A stretch of DNA of 64,000 nucleotides from NCBI GenBank assembly GCA_035484735.1, contig DATHOQ010000042.1, positions 22,460-86,459 of the forward strand, in the 5' to 3' direction. Numbering within the stretch: the stretch's first letter is position 1; each line of letters starts with the position of its first letter. A model generated the notes under the pieces. That model saw only the letters and a list, made by a program, of their open reading frames with translations, had not been told where the DNA came from and did not search any database. Source of the stretch: Terriglobales bacterium. Its GTDB lineage: Bacteria; Acidobacteriota; Terriglobia; Terriglobales; Acidobacteriaceae. A program made the translations under genes and the position numbers. This document shows positions 1-9,288 of this stretch, piece by piece.

Positions 1-764
1 AAGGTGCGCCCACCAGCGTCACTGGATTCATGTCCGTGGCCGTCAAGGCTGCGGCCTGGGCCATGCTGCTGCGCATTTTGATCTGGGGGCTTTATCCGCT
101 GCGTCACGTTTACCTGCCATTGTTGATTTTCGTTTCCATTGTCACCATGACCGGCGCCAATCTCGCCGCGCTCACGCAGAATAATCTCAAGCGCCTGTTG
201 GCATATTCCTCGATTGCGCATGTGGGCTACATGCTGTTGGGACTGGTTGCATTTGCATCGGTTGAGTATCCTTCGCCAGCGATGACCGATGGCCTCAAGG
301 GCATTCTGCTCTATCTACTGGTCTACACCTTCATGAACTTGGGCGCGTTCGCGGTGGTCACATCGTTGCGCCAGCGTGACGTGATTGGGGATGAGATCGA
401 CGACATCGCCGGCCTATTCTTTCGCGCTCCCACCGAAGCGGTTCTCATGCTGATTTTTCTCTTGTCCCTCGCGGGCATTCCGCCTCTAGCCGGCTTCTAC
501 GGGAAGTACTTCATTTTCCTCAGCCTGATGGAAAGTGGGCACTATGTGCTCGCCAGCCTCGGCGTGCTCTACGCCGTGTTCGGCCTCTACTATTACATGC
601 GGATCGCTAACGCTATGTTCATGCGCGAAGCCACCGATAAGACTCGCTTGCCGATCAGCGTCGCCATGAAGTTAGCACTCGGCGTGAGCGCAGTCGCTAC
701 CGTCTACATAGGGATCTTCCCTGAGCGCTTCATCAAGCTGGTGACGTGGTCGACGGGATTCTGA
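1..764 (+). CDS. nuoN: NADH-quinone oxidoreductase subunit N, C-terminal part (5' end outside window)
   Basis: Frame is open to the window edge. Motif LAALTQNNLKRLLAYSSIAHVGYMLLGL and a multi-TM hydrophobic profile are typical of NuoN/ND2. Stop TGA at 762-764. Confidence 0.85.
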   Translation, partial: GAPTSVTGFMSVAVKAAAWAMLLRILIWGLYPLRHVYLPLLIFVSIVTMTGANLAALTQNNLKRLLAYSSIAHVGYMLLGLVAFASVEYPSPAMTDGLKGILLYLLVYTFMNLGAFAVVTSLRQRDVIGDEIDDIAGLFFRAPTEAVLMLIFLLSLAGIPPLAGFYGKYFIFLSLMESGHYVLASLGVLYAVFGLYYYMRIANAMFMREATDKTRLPISVAMKLALGVSAVATVYIGIFPERFIKLVTWSTGF

Positions 765-1283
765 AAACCCATCCAACCTTTTTAAATTCCTTATCTAGTT
801 GAGTTTGCAGAGTCTTGAATTGTCTTAGCGACTCAACCCGCAACGTCCGGTTCCGTCCTGAAACGTCCTGTTGGGCAGAAGTTGGGCACGGTTTTCCTAA
901 CTTGCAAACGGCACTTCCGGGCTCAATGAGTGAAATCGCGATGTTACGTAAAATGGGGTGTTCCGTACGGCAGGACTATTCGTCGATACGGACGGGTTAT
1001 GCAATAACTTGCATACAGGACGAGATTAAACACCGCCAGCAACGCCGATTTCAGCAGATTTTTCTGCCTTTTCTTCTGATAATCGCTATAAATAACATAA
1101 GATCACTCCCACTCCAAGGAGGAGCCGTGTTGAAACTTTTCGATTCGTAAGTGCGCCATCGATACATTTTTTGTAATGATGTTTTTGCGTATTTGTGGGG
1201 TCGCTGAGTCGCAGCAAGTCGTCGCAGTGCAAAAAAGCGCGGTCGATCTCTCTCAGATTGCTAAATAACGATTGGAGGAAACG

Positions 1284-2561
1284 ATGGCCTGCAAGTTCGC
1301 GCTCGTGGCTCTGACCCTTGGTGCTTTGGCTTGCACGCCTGCCTTCTGCCTCGACGGCAGCCGTTCCAAACCGGGCAGAAACGCCGGGCAACAAGCCGAC
1401 CTACTACCCTTGGACGGTCAGCAGTACAGCTTCTTCGGACAATCCATCGCGGTGAGCGGCGATACCGTCGTTGTGGGATCACCAGGATATAGCGACGGCA
1501 TGGGCAACGAGGTCCCAGGCTATGCGTACGTATTCGTCAAGCCGTCGACCGGCTGGATGAACATGATTCAAACTGCCGAACTCAAAGCATCCGATCAGGG
1601 CAATGAGGCGGGAAACGGCTTTGGAACCTCGGTGGCGATTGCCGGCGACACGATTGTTGTTGGCGCACCGGGCGTGTCTGAAGTGTATGTTTTCGTCAAG
1701 CCAGCCGGAGGTTGGGAAAATATGACAGAGACATCCATCGTCACAGACAATTTCAACGGGACCGATGCCTTCGGATGTGCAGTGGCGATCAATGCCAGCG
1801 GCAACATCATAGTCGTCGGTGCTGACGAAGCAGAAATGGCGCGCGGGGTTGCGTACCTCGCCGTCGAACCCAGTGACGGATGGCCATCGCTAGTCGCGCC
1901 CACCGCGTTTCTCACGGCTTCAGATGGGGTTCGAAATGATCTGTTCGGCAATGCTGTAGCAATCGATGGCCGTACTGTAGTTGTGGGAGCATTCGACAAG
2001 CCCTATCCCGAAAGCTATGGAGCCGTGTACGTATTCGTCGAACCTGCAACCGGTTGGACGGACATGACCCAAACCGCGGAACTCAACGCCGCAGTGCCGA
2101 TCCTGGGAGGTAGTCTCGGAACTTCTGTAGCGATTCTCGGAAATACCGTCGCCGCAGGCGCCTACGGCGGAACTAGATCGCAACCGGCCGGCAATGTTTA
2201 TGTATTTGTGGAACCAGGTGGTGGCTGGCAGAACATGACCGAGACTGCCCAGCTGACCGACGGAAACACGGTGGAGGATGATCTTGGATCCTCGGTGGCG
2301 ATGAATGATTATGGGATCCTTGCTGGCGCACCGCTCGACACAGTGAACGGAAATACGCAGCAGGGATCGGACTACGCGTTTCTGAAGCCGAAGGCAGGCT
2401 GGAAATCTACTTCGAAGTTTTCCCTGCGCTTGACTGCAACGTACGGAGCTATCGGCGATCGACTCGGTACGTCGGTCGCGATTGGTCCAGGCAACGTGGT
2501 AAGCGGAGCCCCGGGCGCTAATGGCGTTGGCGAAGCCTATGTGTTCTTCAGGAAACAATAA
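1284..2561 (+). CDS. Secreted FG-GAP/integrin-alpha-like repeat protein
   Basis: ATG 1284 is preceded by GGAGGA (1273-1278) and followed by the signal-like N-terminus MACKFALVALTLGALA. About seven ~60-aa repeats fit the pattern FG.SVAI.G.T.VVGAP...YVFV.P..GW.NMT.TAEL. Confidence 0.7.
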   Translation: MACKFALVALTLGALACTPAFCLDGSRSKPGRNAGQQADLLPLDGQQYSFFGQSIAVSGDTVVVGSPGYSDGMGNEVPGYAYVFVKPSTGWMNMIQTAELKASDQGNEAGNGFGTSVAIAGDTIVVGAPGVSEVYVFVKPAGGWENMTETSIVTDNFNGTDAFGCAVAINASGNIIVVGADEAEMARGVAYLAVEPSDGWPSLVAPTAFLTASDGVRNDLFGNAVAIDGRTVVVGAFDKPYPESYGAVYVFVEPATGWTDMTQTAELNAAVPILGGSLGTSVAILGNTVAAGAYGGTRSQPAGNVYVFVEPGGGWQNMTETAQLTDGNTVEDDLGSSVAMNDYGILAGAPLDTVNGNTQQGSDYAFLKPKAGWKSTSKFSLRLTATYGAIGDRLGTSVAIGPGNVVSGAPGANGVGEAYVFFRKQ

Positions 2562-2594
2562 AGAAGGCGAAAGTTTCTTATATGGAGATGTGTC

Positions 2595-3881
2595 ATGCAA
2601 TGCCTACAAATTCGTAACAAGCTGTTGGTGCTATTCGTCTTGATGGCGGCAGGGAGTGTGTTTTCCGTGGCGCAAAAGAAAACTATTCTTTACAATTTCA
2701 CGGATGGAAATGACGGCGGCTGGCCCTTCGCGGGAGTCACCCTCACATCATCGGGTGCTCTATACGGCACAGCTTCCAATGGCGGCGACGAGGGTTGCGC
2801 TGAGGCTGGTCCATATTGCGGAACCGTTTTCGAATTGACTCCGCCGGCCCAAAAGGGAGGCATGTGGACCAACAGCACAATCTATACGTTCGGGCAGAAT
2901 GAAGATGATTCTTCGACTCCGGAATCGGGGGTCGTCTTCGATTCAAAAGGCAACCTCTACGGCACGACGGCATTCGCTAACGCGATGTATCAATTGGTTC
3001 CACAGTCCGGAGGGGTATGGGCTTCGAACTGGTTGTATTCCGCGAGCTCCACGATCTTCCCCCCGCTGATCGACAAAGAAAACAACCTCTATGTATCCGA
3101 CCCCTCAGGCGGACAATATGGAACCATCCTGGAATTGATTCCAAATCCGGACGGCACGTTCACCACTGCGACTCTTTACAGCTTTGCCGGAGGTGCGGAT
3201 GGCCAGGCGCCGGGCGGAATCACCATGGATAACGCCGGCAGAATCTGGGGACTCACGAGCGAGGGAGGCAACTCGAGTTGTGAGCCTTTTGGATGCGGTA
3301 CTATCTTTGTCCTGTTGCCGCCCGCGCAATCGGGGGGGGCATGGACTCACCAAGTGCTCTATGATTTTCTCGGCGGGGCTCAAGGCACTGGCGGACTTTT
3401 TCCCATGGCCCGCGACTCGAAGGGAAACCTCTATGGCATCACTACCGGGGCCGGCTCGCCCGCCTGCTCGTCTAATGTGTGCGCGATCATGTTTGAGCTT
3501 TCACCGCCCGTGAAGCAGGGTGGACCCTGGACATATAACATCCTTCATACTTTCGCTGGGGGCAACGACGGATCCTACCCCCAGGGGTCGCCAGTGCTAG
3601 ACAGCCACGGCGCGCTCTACGGTACGACTGTTTGGGGCGGCGGCGGACCTTGCATTGAGAATGGCTCGGTGACGGGGTGTGGCACGATTTATCGCCTGAA
3701 TCCACCCTCACACATGGGCGGAGCGTGGACTGAAATCTTCCTTCATAGGTTTCAAGGTGGATCTGACGGAAAACTACCGTACGGCACCGTGTGGCTGGAT
3801 GAGAAAAACCTGGTGCTTTACGGCACTACTTCTTTTGGCGGGTCCTACAACTCCGGTACAGTTTTTGAGATCACTCCATAG
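2595..3881 (+). CDS. Gloeo_Verruco (GloVer) tandem-repeat secreted protein
   Basis: Signal-like N-terminus. Repeated units have the form LY.F.GG.DG..P.G....D..G.LYGTT..GG....CGT[IV]FEL.PP...GG.W, matching my memory of the TIGR03803 GloVer repeat. Confidence 0.7.
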   Translation: MQCLQIRNKLLVLFVLMAAGSVFSVAQKKTILYNFTDGNDGGWPFAGVTLTSSGALYGTASNGGDEGCAEAGPYCGTVFELTPPAQKGGMWTNSTIYTFGQNEDDSSTPESGVVFDSKGNLYGTTAFANAMYQLVPQSGGVWASNWLYSASSTIFPPLIDKENNLYVSDPSGGQYGTILELIPNPDGTFTTATLYSFAGGADGQAPGGITMDNAGRIWGLTSEGGNSSCEPFGCGTIFVLLPPAQSGGAWTHQVLYDFLGGAQGTGGLFPMARDSKGNLYGITTGAGSPACSSNVCAIMFELSPPVKQGGPWTYNILHTFAGGNDGSYPQGSPVLDSHGALYGTTVWGGGGPCIENGSVTGCGTIYRLNPPSHMGGAWTEIFLHRFQGGSDGKLPYGTVWLDEKNLVLYGTTSFGGSYNSGTVFEITP

Positions 3882-3970
3882 GCCGATCTTAGGTCAATCG
3901 TGACTTTGGAATGTCCCGCTTCCAAGACCTTTTTGGGGATCGCGAGTGCCTCCTCGGGCAATGGTTCTCA

Positions 3971-3997
3971 GTTGACACTATCAGGCGTTTACACTCA
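3971..3997 (+). repeat. Direct repeat copy 1 (GTTGACactaTCAGGCGTTTACACTCA)
   Basis: The core TCAGGCGTTTACACTCA is identical at 3981-3997 and 4293-4309, and GTTGAC is also shared 4 nt upstream. Confidence 0.8.
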
Positions 3998-4282
3998 AAA
4001 CCCCGTTCAGCGGTCCTCCAATTCCAAGTATTCGGGTTCCACCCAGATCGTGTGTTCCCAAGGCTCTTTGCCGATGACATGGCCTACATCAATTTCTCGC
4101 CAGAGGGAACGGAACACCCTCAAATGACTCCACAGCAGAAATCACGAACGACTTCCCCAAACACTTTTCAAACAGCGTGCGAGTTTGGAGTTCCTTATCA
4201 TCACGCACGTTTGGAGGTATGCCAATGAGCTTCGCAGTGTTACCCGGTTTCCTGTCGGTATTCTAGTTCGGGTTTCGGGACG

Positions 4283-4309
4283 GTTGACGAAATCAGGCGT
4301 TTACACTCA
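4283..4309 (+). repeat. Direct repeat copy 2 (GTTGACgaaaTCAGGCGTTTACACTCA)
   Basis: Second copy, 312 nt downstream of copy 1 and about 100 nt upstream of the atpZ start. Confidence 0.8.
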
Positions 4310-4406
4310 TTGAGCGCATTCCTGGCTCAACGGGAAAATCGTGAGAGCCTTGGATTAGAGAACCCGCGCAATCTGCGCAGCGTGATCGGATACAATCGGC
4401 GCATCG

Positions 4407-4652
4407 ATGCCCGAAGAGCCAAAAGAACCCCGCAATCCACCTAACGAGCGGAGGCTCATTACCTCGGCGGCGCGTTATTCAGAGATCGGCTTCATCATTC
4501 CCGCAGCCGTCATTATGGGTTTCTTTCTTGGCAAATTACTGGATTACTGGCTGCATACTCACTGGATTTATCTTGCCGGACTAATCTTCGGCGCGGTCGT
4601 AGGTTTCGTCCAGATGATTCGCATGGCTTTTGCGTCGATGAAGGACAAATAG
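4407..4652 (+). CDS. AtpZ/AtpI-family small membrane protein (putative F0F1-ATPase accessory subunit)
   Basis: An 81-aa protein with two TM helices (IGFIIPAAVIMGFFLGKLL, IYLAGLIFGAVVGFV), located directly upstream of the atp F0 genes. Confidence 0.6.
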   Translation: MPEEPKEPRNPPNERRLITSAARYSEIGFIIPAAVIMGFFLGKLLDYWLHTHWIYLAGLIFGAVVGFVQMIRMAFASMKDK

Positions 4653-5092
4653 TGGAACCGGATCCCCCACAGTCTTCCACCGCCAGCGCCGCTGCCGAGC
4701 AGTTCTATTCCGGAGCCATACGTCGCGTTCTAAGGATTCTGGCGGTTTTTGCCGTGGCACTTGTCGTTCCCGTCTGGCTGGCCTTCGGCATAGCCCCGGC
4801 GCTGGGATTCGCTGCTGGATCCGCTGCCTCCTGGCTCAATTTTCATTCGTTGTCGCGCGGGGTGGAGGGATTAGCCGATCGCATCGTCAACGCTCACAGT
4901 CAGGAACGCGGATCGATCGTGGTGGCGCGCTTCCTGCTTCGCTACCTGTTGGTGGGAATCGTTGCCTATGCTATATTCAAAGGTTCTTTTTACGCGTTTC
5001 GAGGCTTTCTGGCGGGCCTTTGCCTGCCAGTCGCGGCGATACTGAGCGAAGCGGCCTACGAAGCGTACGCTGCTTTTCATCGCGGATATTAG
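4652..5092 (+). CDS. atpI: ATP synthase protein I-like membrane protein
   Basis: GTG start overlaps the upstream stop (TAGTG). The 146-aa hydrophobic protein lies immediately before atpB, the canonical atpI position. Confidence 0.55.
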   Translation: MEPDPPQSSTASAAAEQFYSGAIRRVLRILAVFAVALVVPVWLAFGIAPALGFAAGSAASWLNFHSLSRGVEGLADRIVNAHSQERGSIVVARFLLRYLLVGIVAYAIFKGSFYAFRGFLAGLCLPVAAILSEAAYEAYAAFHRGY

Positions 5093-5120
5093 GCAGCGAA
5101 GTGTACCCGGTTTCTTCAAA

Positions 5121-5852
5121 ATGGAACAGCTTGCTTTTACTCAATTTCTGAACCACCTGTTTGGCGGGGCGGTGCTGGCGCTGCTGCAAATGCTGCACAT
5201 TCAGCCCAAGCATCCAGCCGCCCCCATCAGTGACAGTTTCGCCATGGAAGTTCTGGTGTTCCTGTTTCTGACATTGTTCTTTCTGGCGGCCCGCCTGCGT
5301 CTTTCCGTGGATTCCCCCGGCGCTGTGCAGCATGTGGTCGAGGGCATTGAAGGATTCATCGGCGACATGGGCGACGAAGTCATCGGCCATCACTATCGGC
5401 CATACTTGCCTTATCTGGTGGCACTGGGGCTGTTTATCCTGGTCGCGAACCTGATCGGGCTGATTCCCGGCCTCGAATCCCCCACCGGCGTGCCAATTGT
5501 TCCGCTGGGTTGTGCCATCACTACCTGGGTCTATTACAACTATCAGGGAGTTCGGCGGAACGGTGTGCTGGGGTATCTGAAGCACTTTGCGGGACCGGTC
5601 TGGTGGCTGGCACCGTTGATGTTTCCGATTGAAATCTTCAGCCATCTGGCGCGGGTGTTGTCGTTGACCATACGTCTTTTCGCCAATATGTTCGCCGGAG
5701 AAATGGTCACTCTGGTGTTCTTTTCGCTGGTGCCATTGTTTGTCCCCATCATCTTTCAGGGCCTTCACATCGGCGTGGCCGTGATTCAGACTTATATATT
5801 TGTGCTCCTTGCTTGCGTCTATCTGGGCGAGGCTACGGCACATGAGCACTAG
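5121..5852 (+). CDS. atpB: F0F1 ATP synthase subunit a
   Basis: A 243-aa polytopic protein with the conserved C-terminal region SLTIRLFANMFAGEMV (essential Arg of subunit a). It is followed by the c subunit. Confidence 0.9.
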   Translation: MEQLAFTQFLNHLFGGAVLALLQMLHIQPKHPAAPISDSFAMEVLVFLFLTLFFLAARLRLSVDSPGAVQHVVEGIEGFIGDMGDEVIGHHYRPYLPYLVALGLFILVANLIGLIPGLESPTGVPIVPLGCAITTWVYYNYQGVRRNGVLGYLKHFAGPVWWLAPLMFPIEIFSHLARVLSLTIRLFANMFAGEMVTLVFFSLVPLFVPIIFQGLHIGVAVIQTYIFVLLACVYLGEATAHEH

Positions 5853-5925
5853 GAAAACTTAGCGGGTAGTTAGCAGCTAGGGATATGCCTAGCCGCTAAC
5901 CACCAGTTACTGGGTACCCAGTGCT
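5845..5925 (+). repeat. Structured intercistronic element between atpB and atpE (nested hairpins)
   Basis: Outer pairing AGCACTaGG (5845-5853) with CCcAGTGCT (5917-5925). Inner hairpin GTTAGCAGCTAGG (5869-5881) with CCTAGCCGCTAAC (5888-5900), 13 bp with one mismatch. Palindrome ACTGGGTACCCAGT near 5908-5921. The left end overlaps the atpB stop. Confidence 0.7.
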
Positions 5926-6003
5926 GGTTTCTGTCAGCGTGAGGGCGTCTGCACGAGGATGACGTCAACCACCTCCTGGCGGAATTCATAAGGAGGATGC
6001 ACT

Positions 6004-6318
6004 ATGCGGAAAGTAGTAATCGTGATGTTCCTGCTGATGCTCTGCGCTCTGGTCGCTACTCCGGCTTTTGCGCAAACTGGTGAAACGGCTTCATCCGGTA
6101 CCAACTGGGTGGCCATCACCTCGGGCTTTGCCATGGCGTTTGCGGTAGGCCTGGCGGCGCTTGGGCAGTCGCGCGTGGCTGGGGCGGCCTGTGAGGGTAT
6201 GGCGCGCAATCCTGCGGCCCGTCCTGGAATTCAGCTGGCTTTGATCCTGGGTCTCGCGTTTATCGAGTCCCTGGTCCTGTTTACGCTGGTAATTATCTTT
6301 GTCAAGGTGGTCCGCTGA
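6004..6318 (+). CDS. atpE: F0F1 ATP synthase subunit c
   Basis: Motif GLAALGQSRVAGAACEGMARNPAARP...LILGLAFIESLVLFTLVI is a typical c-subunit hairpin with the carboxylate (E) in helix 2. Confidence 0.9.
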   Translation: MRKVVIVMFLLMLCALVATPAFAQTGETASSGTNWVAITSGFAMAFAVGLAALGQSRVAGAACEGMARNPAARPGIQLALILGLAFIESLVLFTLVIIFVKVVR

Positions 6319-6347
6319 CGGCTGATTAAGAGGAATATTTCACGGAG

Positions 6348-6379
6348 AGCCCTCGTCAAAATCGAGGGCTTTTCTTTTG
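6348..6379. terminator. Intrinsic terminator hairpin between convergent atpE and the PilZ gene
   Basis: AGCCCTCG (6348-6355), loop TCAAAAT, CGAGGGCT (6363-6370), followed by TTTCTTTTG. Confidence 0.75.
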
Positions 6380-6405
6380 CAGGAAGGTGTGACAACAAGC
6401 AGGGG

Positions 6406-9030
6406 CTAGAGCTTACGCTGACCGCGCCAATCGGCTTCTTTGGATTCAGGCGCGTGTTCCACCGTCTCCAGGAGCAGAGTGCGCAGGCGGTAGCGGCTCT
6501 CCAGATCCGTGTTGACCATCTCGAATCCTACTTCATTGACGCGTGCGCGCCGCAGCAGTACCTGCCCGCGAATGTGCCGTACGCCGATGGAAATGTCGAT
6601 GTTGGCTTCCGAGCCGACGCGTAGATTATCTTCTTTCGTTCCCATCCCACCACCCAGGCTCAACTCGCGAATCAGGATGCCGGACTTGCCCCAGGAACTG
6701 CTGATGTTCGCCGACAGCGCTTTGCGCAGCACGATGCGCTCATAACGGCGCTGCCGTACCCAGGGACAGGCTGGAGCCGCGTCCAGCGCAGCAATGGCCA
6801 GCTCTCCCGGCGACAGACCACTTTCCGAGAGCACCTGGCTGGCGTAGCGCGGATCAATCTTGGCCAGGGCCTGGGCTGCGGCAATACGCAACTCGCGATG
6901 GTGAATCCACTTCCACATCTTCTTGCCTTCGAGCAAAGCCCGCAGTACAGGTACCGATTCCGGTTCGCGCAACCTGCCCAGCGATTCCACCGCTTTCACT
7001 TGCACCAGAGGAGAACGGCCTTGGGCTTCGCCCGATTCCGCCATCACCATGAGAGGTGGAACAGTAGTGCGATCACCGCTCATTCCGATTTCATCGATGG
7101 CCTGGGGCAGCACCAGAGGATCGATGAGTTCCAGAATTTCCAGCAACGTGCGTCCGCGATCATGAGCGGCCCCGTAGGCAATTTGCCGTACCGCTACGTC
7201 GTGGTAGAAGCGGTTCCACTCCGGCAGACGCGTGGGCAACAGCTCCAACAGGGTGGGTACATCCAGGCGGCTCAGCAGGCCGATGACTGAAGTGGCGGCC
7301 CGCGGTTGCCCGGTCCGTAACATTTCCCGCATCTGTGCGGTTGCCTCGGCCCCCAGTTCCTTCACCAGGTCAACCATACGATCGCATTCCTCACGCCGCA
7401 TACAGCGGAAGAAGCGGTCGGCCATGTGTTCGATGGAAGCTTGCGAAGTGCGCCGCAGCACCGCCATCAAGTCACGGGGAACTTCGGGCAGGCGCAATGC
7501 CTCCTCGATGAATTCCGGGAGCCGGTTCTCGACTCCGATCCTGGGGCGTAGATCGTTCGCAGTAGCCGGTCTTTCTTTGGCGACCTCATCCAATGCAGTA
7601 CAGACTTGATTGAGGGCGCCGAAGTTCTTGCTATTGTTGGCCTCTGAACTCAGGCGCACGAAGGCCGCGCTGAGCAGGCTCTGCGCCTCTGCATCTGATT
7701 CCTTGATCAGCGCCTTGGCGACCTTGTGGATAGTAGATCCGATCAGGTCCACTCCGGGAACAGCGAACAAGTCGGCCAACTGGCTTAACCCGATGGCGGT
7801 CTTGCGGCGGGGCTCGGCATCCTTGGCAGTAAGACAGTTGCTATAGTTCTCGAGGATCTCGATGCAAGCAGCTTTTTCATCCCGTTCCAGCAGGACATCC
7901 ATGAACTGACGTATGTTGCGGGCTGGAACGCAGGGAGCTTCATTGGAGAGCAACACGCTCTTCTTGCCCGCCTCTGGAACCTCGGCCCAGAACATTCGGT
8001 CCAAAATGTCGGCATGGGATTCCACCAGGATGCCCGCCTTGCCCATTTTGTCTTCCTGCAATCGCAGAATGCGGCGCAGGGTGTCCATTTGGCGGCTCAT
8101 GTGCTCCAGCATTTGATGGACGGCGTTGACCTTAACGTCGCCCTTCTGGAAGCGCTCCATTGCGAAGCGAATCGCCATGTGTTCCGCCGCTTTCATCAGC
8201 ACCGGGGTATCGTTCTTCTCAGTGCTGCTGGTGGCTTTGCTGGCCAGGCTCCCCAGCAGTTGCTGCAGATTGATCTTGGTGTTTGGATCTACCTTGCTGA
8301 CTTCCTTCTGAAGCAACTCCGGTTCGATGGAGGGATCGGTTCCCGCTTCTCCAAACTTCGTGAGCAGGCGGATCGCCTGGATGACTTCTTCCTCTTGCAG
8401 CGGTACCACGCCCCCAGCCCATGCGCCTCCGGGGTTCACCAATCCTGGTTCACTACCGGTGACCTTGACGTTGGGAACGCTGCCCAATGGCGCTCCACCC
8501 GGCACGCCACCGCCGGAACGTGAGCCTTCCGCGGCCGCGATTAACTGCAACAGTTTCTGCGGATCGTTGAGCCATTGTTTGAACTCCGGCCCCAAAGTCT
8601 GTGCAGCAATTTGTGCCGCAACGCTGATTTCGCCCGTGGACGGGTCCGCTGCCACAAACTTCACTTCATTAATGCGGATGGTGGCCTGCTTGTTGTCTCC
8701 GAAAGTCTGCTTGATCTCTTTGACCACATCTTGCGCCTTAGAGCCACCCACGGCGAAGGCGCGGATCAGCTTGGCGAAGTCATCCAGCGTGACTTGATTA
8801 GAGAATTGAATGCTGGCAAGCCCAGCGGTGTTAAGAAACTGCGCAAAACTGCGCTCAGCTTGTCCGGTCTCGAGGGCGACTCCATCGAGAAGCAGGCGGT
8901 TTTCCGAAACTCCCAGGAGAAAGTTGCCATCCTTACCGTTCGGCAGGCCCTGCTGCAGTTCCTTCCAGGTGATTTCGAATTGCCCTTCGGTGCGCTTGTG
9001 ATTAAAACCATACAGGCGCACGTATTTCAC
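6406..9030 (-). CDS. Large HEAT-like repeat protein with C-terminal PilZ domain (putative c-di-GMP receptor)
   Basis: An 874-aa protein. The C-terminus carries RRYER (RxxxR) followed by IRELSLGGG (D/N.S..GG-like), the PilZ signature. HEAT-like segments such as VKAVESLGRLREPESVPVLRALLEGK are present. The start is an alternative codon (GTG) and is uncertain. Confidence 0.6.
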   Translation of the reverse strand: MKYVRLYGFNHKRTEGQFEITWKELQQGLPNGKDGNFLLGVSENRLLLDGVALETGQAERSFAQFLNTAGLASIQFSNQVTLDDFAKLIRAFAVGGSKAQDVVKEIKQTFGDNKQATIRINEVKFVAADPSTGEISVAAQIAAQTLGPEFKQWLNDPQKLLQLIAAAEGSRSGGGVPGGAPLGSVPNVKVTGSEPGLVNPGGAWAGGVVPLQEEEVIQAIRLLTKFGEAGTDPSIEPELLQKEVSKVDPNTKINLQQLLGSLASKATSSTEKNDTPVLMKAAEHMAIRFAMERFQKGDVKVNAVHQMLEHMSRQMDTLRRILRLQEDKMGKAGILVESHADILDRMFWAEVPEAGKKSVLLSNEAPCVPARNIRQFMDVLLERDEKAACIEILENYSNCLTAKDAEPRRKTAIGLSQLADLFAVPGVDLIGSTIHKVAKALIKESDAEAQSLLSAAFVRLSSEANNSKNFGALNQVCTALDEVAKERPATANDLRPRIGVENRLPEFIEEALRLPEVPRDLMAVLRRTSQASIEHMADRFFRCMRREECDRMVDLVKELGAEATAQMREMLRTGQPRAATSVIGLLSRLDVPTLLELLPTRLPEWNRFYHDVAVRQIAYGAAHDRGRTLLEILELIDPLVLPQAIDEIGMSGDRTTVPPLMVMAESGEAQGRSPLVQVKAVESLGRLREPESVPVLRALLEGKKMWKWIHHRELRIAAAQALAKIDPRYASQVLSESGLSPGELAIAALDAAPACPWVRQRRYERIVLRKALSANISSSWGKSGILIRELSLGGGMGTKEDNLRVGSEANIDISIGVRHIRGQVLLRRARVNEVGFEMVNTDLESRYRLRTLLLETVEHAPESKEADWRGQRKL

Positions 9031-9288
9031 CAGGATATTCAGACTGTGAATAAACGCCCGAGCGGACGCCGTCCTGTCATCACGCTTGGTTGTGGCGGCA
9101 GTATTAATACGCGACTCCTGCGACTACAAGGTTAGGGTAGTGCAGAAAGTAAGAGGATGCATGTTACGGAGGTAATAGAATCCGACGCAAATTAGGCTGG
9201 CATCGCCTGGTTGCAACAGTTTATAAGCCGCTTGAGCCCATTGCCCGGCCAGCATAAAGTTGTTTCCTGATGTAAGCTTTACGCACTT

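Noticed and set aside
883-906. Sigma-54-like promoter (TGGGCACG ... TTGCA)
   Set aside because: The GG-to-GC spacing is about 18 nt instead of the required 11 nt, so it does not fit the -24/-12 geometry.
815-1150. A 111-aa ORF and a 7-codon mini-ORF with a strong SD (about 1113-1148) in the nuoN / FG-GAP gap
   Set aside because: Both show poor third-position GC bias and have no motifs. The mini-ORF could be a leader peptide, but nothing downstream, such as an attenuator structure, supports that.
4977-5849. A 290-aa ORF antisense to atpB
   Set aside because: It lies exactly opposite a confidently identified conserved gene. The composition is R/Q/H-rich with no motifs. Long antisense ORFs are expected in GC-rich DNA.
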